NCBI GenBank assembly: GCA_051294375.1
Contig: CM119267.1
Location: 10,849,045 to 10,913,044 of the forward strand
Reading direction: 5' to 3'
Length of the DNA: 64,000 nucleotides
Source of the DNA: Paraspadella gotoi
Taxonomy: Eukaryota > Animalia > Chaetognatha
The position numbers and the translations under genes were made by a program. The notes beneath the pieces were generated by a model, which searched no databases, was not told where the DNA came from, and saw only the letters and a list, made by a program, of their open reading frames with translations. This document shows, piece after piece, positions 22,156 through 64,000 of the stretch (positions within the stretch are counted from its first letter, which is position 1; every line of letters begins with the position of its first letter).

Positions 22156-25100
22156 GTCTCAGATGTGAGAAACGCGCAAAAAAAGTTTTTATGCAGATGA
22201 TCGGGTATTGAAGAGGCCGCATCATATTTGCTCTCAAACAGCCAACCCCTGTTTTTATCGCTATTCCCACCTCCCGCCCCGTTAGAGAGAGCCTATCACT
22301 CTTGCGCGCAATTATCTGGATCGTTCTCAAGCTTAGTAAAGTAAGATCTCGCTTTCTTTTTACGTTTTTATCAATGTTTACTATTCGACGAGGTTTAAAT
22401 ATTGGGATTATTTGTCTATGAATAATCGATTCGAATCAAACCCTTCGGAATCGCAAAAAAAAGGGGGGAAAAACGAACGAAAAAAAAAAAACAAAAAAAA
22501 CAAAACAAAAAAAAGCAGAAAAGCACCTCGGCCTATTGGAAAGGCAAGATTTTCTGTTTTATCGAGAAAACCATCTACGTCCTGCATTCTCCAATTTCGG
22601 TCTTTTCTCTCTCTGAAAAGAAACCCCAACAACCCTGACGTGCGTCGAATCGTTTTCGTCTCATTTTCGTGCCGCTTTTAGGGTAAATCCTACAACATTT
22701 TTTTTTAACTAACTGCAGAACAATTACACAATCACCTCTCCACCGGTTGTTTTAGTTATTGTGAAATTTTTTTATGTTAAGATTTTTCATATTCCATTTT
22801 TTCAGCATAATTATCAATTCGGTAAGCAACAAATCAGAAAAGTTTATTTTGTCGATACTGATACATTATTTAATGGGGTTATTGCCTATCATATTATTTG
22901 TTGTACCATATAATAATCATGCAATAATTATAGCTAAAGACTATACAGCTAAATATAGCTAAATAATATAATAATCATACATAATATAATTATATAGCTA
23001 ATTTCAGAAAATAATAAATAATAACCATAACTATATGAAAGACTATTCGAAGAATGATTCCCCCCCTGCAAGTGAATGATGTGCTCACTGCTCATTATTT
23101 GGGTTGAGATTTTTTTTGAAAGTTTCGATTTCAGTTTAAAGAGAAGCCAATTAAGTCTTCGGACACGAGGAAGAGACCCAACCTCTTTGTTTCTGAATCA
23201 TCGGATTTACTCTCTCGACAATTAAACTTCATCGGAGTGGCCAAAGTCCCTCTCATCACAAGTCACAAGTTACAATGATGCTTAAAAACTTACAATTCAG
23301 TGGAGTAATAAAAATTTAATTTCAATTCTTTATTCGTTGGCACAAATCACAACGTCTCATTCAACAATCAACTCGAAAGTTTTTCTGGCATGTTCTCTTT
23401 GGGAACATAGGCTTAATCGGATTAATTAAAACATTTGATCATGTCCGTTCGGGAGACTTTTCCGGTGTCCATTCCAGCCAAATAAGATTTTATTTATTTT
23501 GAATGACTAAGTTCAATTCATACAACTATCTGTTTGTGTGGTCTTATATTTTTTCTTTTAAAATAAACACTTCAAATTTAAAAGAAGCAATTCCTGAATT
23601 TCATGAAAAAAGTTTCTTGGATTAAAAAAAGGATTTAGCAAAAATATTTCTTTGGTAGATGTTGGGAAAAGTTTACCTTTCGCTCATTCGGGTCAATTTT
23701 TTTCTTCCTTTCGTGAATTTGTTTTTTCACACATTTTTTCTCTCTATTTTAGTAAATTTTGGCGATGTGGTTATATTTAAACTTTTTTCTGAAAGGTATT
23801 CTTTCTCGTTTTGCGCATGACCCGACCTTTTTTTGTTACTTGTTGGTTAAGTCGGTTCTTTGAGAGTCGAAATCAAAATTATAATTATATTAAATCCTTA
23901 TCGTGTCTTAAAGTTGAACGTAAAAGAAAGAAAGAGGGTGGAGCGAGCAAGCGATGTATCAGGCTTAAATTACAATTAATCTCAAACAAACCTCGCATTT
24001 TCGAGTCGGACCGATTTTGTATCTTGTGGGTGGAAAAAAGACCATCTGACCCAATGTTTTAAATCTTTTCTGCTTGCGGATTTAATTTTTAAAAAATTTC
24101 GTGACTGAGCATCAGCTTTGTCGTTCGGACACGCTATAGAATAAAGTTAAATTCAGTATAATAAAACTGACTAAAATTCGGTGAAATGAAGTTTTCTGAA
24201 GTATTGTTTAAAAAATACTGTTTCAGATAGAAAACGATCAGGATAAGCATAGGTCGTCAATTAATTTTGTATATAAAAATGTATTTAATAAAATTTACAA
24301 TTCACTGTCATTTCTTTTGCTTTATCAGAACTTGATATTATCATTATAACTCATTATAACATCATTAACCAGAACCAAGAAAGGTAGTAAAGGATTAAAA
24401 TGATAAATTTGTTTTACTTCAGTTGAAAAATTCAATAATATTCAAATAAATATTCCAAATAATTGAAAAAAATGTATTTTAATTTTTTTGGCATCACTAT
24501 TCAGAAAAAAAATTACTCCAATTTAACATTTAAAAACGAGAAATGGAACTTTTCACAAAGAACAAGATTCAAATGCCACGCTGGATTAAATACCGAGAAA
24601 GTGAAAAAAAAATTATGAAAAAAAATAAGAAATAACTAATCGAGTAAACTCAATCGCCGCTACAACCAAATAGAAAAAAAAAAAAAAAAAAGAGCGAAAG
24701 AATCAAAAATCGGTAGCGCCAGAAAAAACCTGAAACTTGCCATCGCTGACGTTCAAATAAACAAATAAAGTTTATTGTTTCGCAAATAACGTCATTGCTG
24801 CGTCCATGAAATGCGGTAGGTTTTTAACTTCGTAATTCGGTTTAATTTTTGTTTTGTTTTTTTCTTATTTTTATTACTCGTTTTTTATAAAAAAATAATG
24901 GTATAATTTTACTAAAAAGATGATATTAAAATCATGCTCGTCATTATATTTATAACAAGTATTTTTAAATTCCAGAATGTTTGAAATGAATTCATGCAGA
25001 AATGGTTCCTAATTTGGCAGTCCCTGATCCCCACATCAGACTGTTGCATCATGATTCATGATCATTCTAGTTGGCCACCGGGCTAGAACACCGGACCTTT

Positions 25101-26177
25101 GGCTTAAGAGACTAATTAGTCAATAACTTGCCTTCGGGTTGAATGACCGAAGATTTCAAGCTAACAAACAAAATTATAAATTCTTTCCCAAAGTTGTTTT
25201 TCGATAATTCACTTCTAATGTTTTTACTTTTGTCACTGCTTTTTAGAGTATGTGTTAGGAAGACTTTGAAGTCTTAGAGCGAAAGTCTGAAAGTCACAAG
25301 TTCGTGTCCGATAGTTGGTTATCTATAGATCGAGTATGACTAACTTCCTGACCCTAAGATAGAAAAAAATCGGAAATTAGGGTTGTCTTCCGCCTTAGCA
25401 CTCTTTTACTTTATCAGCGAAATATTTTATAAAAGTTTTTTGTTGTGGCGTAACTGAAGTTGCTATTTTATCTAATCATCGTGGACTGTTGATTTTTCCA
25501 GTCAAACGAGCGCCCGGGAGGAGACTGAAGTGGAAATGGGTACACAAGACGGTGAGTGTTTTAATTAAACTAACTTCACTATCCATTATGTATACTTGCT
25601 CGTCTTCAAAATAATTGTCCACTGCCTAGGTAATGATGAATTTGAAGATGAAGATTCAAGTGAGTAATTCACTAACGGGAAGTCATTTCAAATAGTTTTA
25701 TTGTCATAGAAAAAAAGCCTTTCTAACACTGGGAAAAAAAAAGGTTCCACAACTTTCTACAGCACTTTTGGCACATGATCACATATCCGGGGCTACTAGT
25801 CATAAAAATCACTGAATATAAATTCAAAAAGTGACTCATCGCTAATAACTCCCTTTGGATAACAAAGCCAAAACAGGCTTTCGAAAATCCAGCTCAGAAA
25901 AATAGTAATACTGAAATTTTAAAAAAAGGGAAAATTTAAAATATAAGAAATAAATTCGACGTATTTTTCTCTCTAAGACATTTATAGTAATACAAACACG
26001 TTTTTAATAATATTAACAAATTTTTTGTTTCATACAATGAAAGTAATAATTTTTTTAAGCACTTAACATGTCGAAATTTGTTTCTACTATTCTAGGAATG
26101 ACAATCCTTAAACAAAAAAATAAAACCGAAATGATAGGAGAAAAAGCTAAACAGTGACGCCGTGATGGGGTCGCCAC

Positions 26178-27310
26178 CTAGACGGAGGGTACAGAAGTTT
26201 CATTTGCTTTGATAGTCGTTTGTGAGACCGCTCTTCTGCGGAAAGAAAATATCAGTATTATGACCCAAATTTTATTTCTAAAGAAGGTACAACGAGACGT
26301 TCCGATTCGCGACGACGATGACTCACGCGTTGACGTACTGTTTGCCCTGGTTGTCGGCGGGGCTTTCGACGAGCTCGGTCGGTTGGTGCTTCGCGCCCTC
26401 TTTCGTCGGAGAATGATCGTGCGTATTCGATTCGAGACAAAAGTTGGAGAATCTAGCGATGAGGACGGCGGTGACAATCCCGAGGATAGAACCGGAAAGC
26501 ACGTCGGACCAATGATGCTTGTAGTCGGATATCCTGAACGTCAAAGAAAGTTACAAAAAAAAGTATTTTCCTCGCGCTTCCGGCAGCTTACCTCGACAAC
26601 GCGATGGCGAAAGCGAAGACGAGAAATGTCATCTGAAAGAAAATCGTCAAAACGTTGGCGTGTCGAGAGCAATTCAGTCGTCGCTGACAGTAGATGGCTA
26701 AAAATAGCATGCCATAGAATGAGACGGAGGAGTGCGCCGAGGGAAAGGATTTGACCGAGTCCTGCAGCGTCTTGTCCCAACTGCCGTCCGCGTTAAGGCT
26801 GTCTTCGTTTGTACAATTAAAAACGTCGGGATTGTTGCGGTCTACGATAACGTAGTGGTTCCAAGGTTTGTCCAGTGTCTCGCAAGTCGTCTCACGACCG
26901 TCGATGATGAAACTCGGGCGGCATACGTCAAAAAAATGCGGCCGCAGCCGTCCGATGATGTGCTTGCCGATCTCCGAGGTCAGTTGCTGAAAGACGAGGC
27001 CGGCGACGAAGGGTCCCAAGTGCGCGTAGAGGCAATGGCTGAATTGTCGACGTCCTTCGGCACTTCGCAGCACTCCAAAGTGAAGCAGCGTCTCTGAGAC
27101 CAGGATGATAAGAAAAGGACCGAGCGCGGCGATAAGCGCCGCCTGGGCGATGGTGATGGTGTCGGGTTTGTAGGGGTAGTGGAGAGACTCATCGTCGCAG
27201 TAGAATCCTCGTTCGAATGTCGGGTTGACGATTACCAGAACGAGAAGGACCACGGCGGGGACAACGACCAGCAGAAAGTCGATGAAGATGCGGACAAAAA
27301 TTCGATTCAT
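26178..27310 (-). CDS. PLPP: Phospholipid phosphatase (PAP2/LPP, wunen-like), 2-3 exons
   Basis: RGFYCDDESLHYPYKPDTI, C1 KHIIGRLRP, C2 SFPSAH, C3 SR|ISDYKHHWSDVLSG and six hydrophobic segments. Exons 27310-26592, 26533-26327 and 26235-26178. Confidence 0.92.
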
Positions 27311-28700
27311 TTTCTGTCGCTTTTTTTTTCTGTCTCAAGTTTTTTTTTTCGTTTTCGCTGCCTCGTTGTTTTTGAAAGGGGGGGTGTCGGGGGTGGGTTG
27401 AGTTTGTGTTTGCGAAGTAGATCAAAAAAAAAATATATGCCGGCTTAATCCCCAGCAAGCGTGGTTTCCTTTTTAAAAATATTTTTCGCCAAGCGGGGGA
27501 GTTTGCACTTAAATTTAGGCCAGAGGTTTCTGAAGTTGGTTCACAAACCGGAGTTTCTTTCTTTATTTTTTAGAATGTAGCTCTCAGTGAACAGACTCGA
27601 CGAGCGGACCGACGGGTCAGAATTGATGCGGGATAGAAATTGGGATTTACAAGGACAAAGAAAATTTTATAGAAACTAAACGGACTAAAGAATCGATGTT
27701 AAAAAGTTTTATGATAATACCCACCGAATATAATTTTCGGTTGGCGAACTCTTTTTAAAAATTGGACAGATTGTGCAAACTGAACAAACAGATAAAAAGA
27801 TTTTTCGTTGTCCGAGCTGAGTCTTGCCGCGGCCTAGTCAGACTGGGTTGTTTTTGCTCCCAATTTCTGGATCAAAAGCCGTGGATCCGCGTCGTTGCTC
27901 ATCGACAAATCAATTTTCTCCCGAGGTTTTCGGTTAAAATCGTGTCTCGCACTCTGCCTAGTCGCTATCGAGTATTGTTGGGGCGAGGAACATGATTTTT
28001 CTCGTGCGAAAAGAGTTGACAAAAGAACATCGTGTTTATGAAGAGATGTATTTAATTTTTAAAATAAGGCTTAAAAAATATAGAAGCATATTTTACATAC
28101 TTTGCAGCATCAATTCATTCGTGTCTTAATCTTTTGTAAACTTTTATCGAAATCTTAGAATTATAATTATTGTGAAGTCATGACTATAAATTTCATCAAA
28201 AAACTTCATGCCAGCATTAATAGTTAATGGTACAATTTTTAAAAAAGCTAAAAACTTATTATATGGAGCGATGTTTTTTGTTGTGATTTGAGTTGGTTAT
28301 TCTATTATAAATCGAAAATTTTATTAACGCCCATTTATAGAAGTAACTTATATTGTAATTTAAAAAACCTTACTATTCTTTTTTGCCACTATGTACAATG
28401 ATTTAGTCATTCAGTTTTTTAGGCTTTTTTTTCCGAATTTTTTTTTTAATAATTTTTTTAAAAAATTGTTTTGGGGAGTTGGAAAAAAGAGAAAGAAAGA
28501 TAAAAAATCTAAGTTTGCTCCCTTCTAGCAAGAGTTTAAACCAATAAATATTAATTATCTTTTTCCCGAAGTTCAGGTACAGGTAGATTTTTTCAAAAAT
28601 TTAAATTTTGGTTCTTAAGTCTCTATTAAGTTAGCATTTCTTTGTTAATTATTAATTAACTTTAAAATACCGTTAACGGTTAAAAAAATACTTGTTTGCC

Positions 28701-28743
28701 TTCTCTCTCTCTTTCTCTCTCTCTCTCTTCTCACTCTCTTTCT

Positions 28744-28797
<54 letters not shown>

Positions 28798-28871
28798 ATC
28801 TCTCTATCTTTATTTCTTTCTTCTCTCTCTCTCTCTCTCTCTTTCTATCTCTCTATCTTTATTTCTTTCTT

Positions 28872-28933
<62 letters not shown>

Positions 28934-28935
28934 CC
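28701..28935. repeat. (CT)n/(GA)n microsatellite, one of many (also about 34455, 43810, 57650, 58620, 61975, 63590); (AAAG)n at about 37930 and 41190
   Basis: Direct inspection. Confidence 0.95.
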
Positions 28936-29115
28936 TCTACGCTCTCACCCCTTATGTCCCTTCTAAAAACGAAAAGTTCTCTAATTATATTTGCCATACC
29001 TAACTCGATTTCACCGACGCTCTATAATGTTTTTTTTCACGGTCTTACGGGGATGAAATTTTAAACGTTTTCTTTGTTTCGAGCTGTGGTCACACTTTCA
29101 ATTCCGTTGAAAGCC

Positions 29116-60488
<31,373 letters not shown>

Positions 60489-60832
60489 GTAAAATTAATT
60501 TTAAAAGTAATTTAGGTTCACATAAACTGATAAATAGTAAGGTTCATAGCGGAACTAAGTTCTTACTTGAACAAGTTATGAATATATCCTTCGGTTTTCG
60601 CACTTGCGAAGAAAATTAGCGATTTTGAACATCGAGGCGCGTACGAGCAGCGACGTCAGAGGACGAAACTGGCTAGGAAAAAACACGATGCTTTGCGTCG
60701 GAAGGTAGGTGGCGCTCCGACGTCAGCGGTTTCGATTGGTCTCGAGCGATTGGCGGACCTCGCCGGAAAGTTTTTTTTGAAGGGAAGGGAATTCTTGGGA
60801 ATTCGTCACTTCGCTCACGGAGGCTGTCATTC

Positions 60833-60880
<48 letters not shown>

Positions 60881-61379
60881 GGTTGTGAAAAATTTCAACC
60901 GTTCACTGATGTAAGAACACGCTGTGGAACAAACAGACGTTTTATATTTAACGTAGAATCCTCGTTCGCGCGATAAAAATGACACGACGCTATGATTAAT
61001 ACGTACTCTCAATAATCATGGGAAGTTGAAACAGATTTTCGGTCCTTGCTTTATTCGGATTCCCTCATAACCGGGATCGCTTTAATTCGGGATCGGCTCC
61101 AAAATCTCGAAACAGTTTCTCGATGACATTTTTCCCCTCTCCTCTCCTTTTCGGCTCAGATTGTCGTGGCCTCTTCGCTTCCGCCCTCCGCGGCGTCTTT
61201 ATCGCCCGGATCGAGCGGCGCCGGGGGAATCGGGTGGCGCCGCCAATCGTCCTCAAGCGGCGTCCGTCAGACCGACGAAACCAGGTGAGACGCGTCTTCT
61301 TCTTCCTTCTCGATTCATCGCGTCGCCAGGCAACGGAATCGTAACGCGAATTTTAATCTCCAGCGAAGTAATATATCTA

Positions 61380-61636
61380 TTTTTTAGTTGCACCGCGAGT
61401 ATTCGCGGAGCAACTCGATAAGTCACTTTTCGGTCGGTCGGTCCGTCGGTATGTCTGTTCGTCGGTCTGGCCCACTTACGTTAAAAACGCTTATAACTTG
61501 CCTATAGTTTGTTGCTCATTTGTTAAAAATCAAATCTAAGCGACTACTGGCACCGCCTTTTGTTTTTAAAGAAAAGATAAGTAAAAAAAAAGTAATGCGG
61601 CGCAACACCTTGGAATAACCGTTCCTTGTTTTTTCA
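61380..61636 (+). mobile_element. DINE-1/HINE-like element, family B, copy 3
   Basis: TTTTTAGTTGCACCGCGAGTATTCGCGGAGCAACT palindrome, (CGGT)n, ending GAATAACCGTTCCTTGTTTTTT. Confidence 0.65.
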
Positions 61637-61981
61637 TCAAGAAAAGATAATAATTCCTTCGCTTTTGTTTCTTTTCGGTGACATCCCCTTTTTTTTCCCC
61701 ACGCCCACGAGAATTTCCTATATTCATATTTTAGTGTTTTTTTTCTGACGTTAAAACATCGTATTATTATGAACGAGTCTCGTAAGGAAACAATAAAAAG
61801 CAGAAACAAACAAATGATTTGTTTCTCTCCTCCCTCGTTCCTCCTTGGGAACGCGAGATCGTTAACGTTCTCCGGCTTTTTTTCTCCCCCTCTCTCCTTT
61901 TATTTATTCATTCGAATCATTTTGCGATTTAGAAACTAATGCGTTTTTCTCCCCCCCTTTCGCTCTTTGATCGCTCTCTCT

Positions 61982-62058
<77 letters not shown>

Positions 62059-63584
62059 GTCGCGCCTTCAATCCCCACCCCCTCTCCCTCTCACCCTCTG
62101 TTTCCGTTTGATGATGAACGCGACGACGGTGGCGCATGGGTTTTGTCCCTCAAAATCACGTGACCGTTTCTCACACAAATTCGTTCACGGCCTCTCTTAA
62201 TGATTCCGAATGCCACAACCCTAATTGTGCCATTGCTCAAAACCACTTTCCCTCCCCACCCCGATATCCGGTCACTCAATCACCTCCTTTCCCCCCCCCA
62301 TAATTTCGCCCCCCTTTTTTTTTTCCCGCGCAATAACCGTTTGACCTTTTTTTCCCTCTTTGATGATCCACTTTACGGAACGTTTCCATCGATTAACCTC
62401 ACCCTGCGCCATCGCGCCGCTGATGACCGCCCATTTACCTGAAACCGTTTAAAACGATCGACCGACCCTTACCCTTTCAACTTACCCGCAGCCACTCCCC
62501 TGCCCGATTCGCCACCTCAGTTTCCTTAAACTTGTCCACATCCAAACGTAACCCTCTAGCTCCTCAATCCCCGAAGCCCCCCGTCGAACCCCCAGACCGT
62601 CCCGTGGGACCGAGATTCTCCCCGTCCACCGTCCTCGTCTCCACGCCCACCGTGTCCGCCGCCCGCGGAGCTTCTTTTCGGTCCCGACCCTCCACGTCGG
62701 AGGGTCTACCGAGCCCGATGGGCGGAGCGATTAACGGTGACGAGTCAATCCCACTTCCCCTACTTCTCCCTCGTTTCACACCCCGCCCATCCTGCATTCA
62801 CCGCCGACCGTTCACTCTCCACGTTCTTTCACTCGACCAACTCTTTTCACTCCTCGCACAGCGGGAACGCGTTCGACCGCTTTTTCACGCGCCGCCGCCT
62901 CCGTCTTTCGATGGGAGACCAGAGGTATAAAGCCCGCCCCAAATCTCCCCCCCCTCTTGGTTTGGCCCATTCAACCCCGAAAACCATTCACGCTCGTTCA
63001 ACGTACGTTTCTATGTCACAGTTAATAGCACCGACACGCACATTCTCTATTCGAATTTTGTCGCCCTATCTGATTTCGTTCTAGGTTTGCCCCTACGATA
63101 TTATTTTTATTTTTTTCGTTTTTACCTTTCCTTTTTTTATTCTTTTTCTCGTTTCTTTTTCTTCTTAGTCGGTCGGTCTTTTCTTCTTTCTTTCTTTCTT
63201 CTTTCTTTCTTTCTTTTTCTTTCTTTCTTTCTTTCTTTCGTTCTTCCTTTTTTCTTTCTGTCTTTCTTTTTTTAATCTAGTTTTCCTCCTTTTTTCTCAC
63301 GCTTCCTCTACTTTTCTCTCAATTCCATCCGTTGATCTTTCAATTTCCTCCTCATCTTTACAATTTGTTATAGATTTTTTTTTCCTTCTCGAAACCCTTT
63401 CACCCTCCGCGAATCAATCTCACTCGTGTGTTTGTGAACGACTGAACGTGACTCTCTTTTTCTTCCCCTCGGGCAACTTGTTTCGATTTTTTTTTCTTTA
63501 AATTTATATTTTTGTATTTTGTTTTGGGGTGACGGATGCACTTTTCCTTCGGCAGAATAGAACGAACGTGCATCACGAGTGAAA

Positions 63585-63697
<113 letters not shown>

Positions 63698-63964
63698 TCC
63701 ATTACTCCCCTGTTAAAAATCCAAACTCGTACAATAGACCTAATCTCGTGAAATTGTCATATTACATAGTTTTAATATCTCTAGTATCATAGAAGAGTCG
63801 TCGAATTAATAAATTGTCGTTTTTGAGTTGTCTAACTAACGACAAAAGTGATTAAAAATAATCAGCGTCCATATAACCCTACTGACTCTACATTTTTATA
63901 TAGATTTTAATGAAGATCAACAGTAGACTCGTCCAAGACTTAGTACGGAAAAAACCACGCACAA

Positions 63965-63999
<35 letters not shown>

Positions 64000-64000
64000 T

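Noticed and set aside
60600-63090. GC-rich patches and TATAAA at 62926 as another nested gene or promoter in the last sacsin intron
   Set aside because: No convincing ORF, splice pattern or TATA-Inr spacing; cannot be supported without downstream sequence or RNA data.

Overview
Eukaryotic, animal DNA, most likely a protostome invertebrate (it has a jelly belly/HEN-1-type gene). Exons are GC/CpG-rich; introns are mostly short (40-150 nt) and AT-rich, with many (GA)n microsatellites. All gene models were spliced by eye. Left third, all on the minus strand: a six-gene array packed into 9.7 kb (unknown membrane protein, ATPAF1, CAAP1, PPP1R8/NIPP1, SPT4, DDX18), then polyubiquitin followed by TICRR/treslin. 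The 100-400 nt spacers carry apparently unpaired splice acceptors, which suggests spliced-leader trans-spliced operons. Next is a phospholipid phosphatase (PLPP/wunen), divergent from a very intron-rich sacsin gene (about 60 exons, three SRR repeats, continuing past the window). Sacsin introns hold an antisense nested jelly belly gene with a CRE-TATA-Inr promoter, and a 423-codon candidate alternative first exon. The repeat fraction includes five loci with nine minimal hammerhead-ribozyme motifs, mostly in inverted pairs (Penelope-like pLTR derivatives, some with target-site duplications), DINE-1/HINE-like elements, and a tRNA-derived segment inside a subTIR-plus-hairpin element. Several small indels in polyubiquitin and sacsin look like assembly errors.
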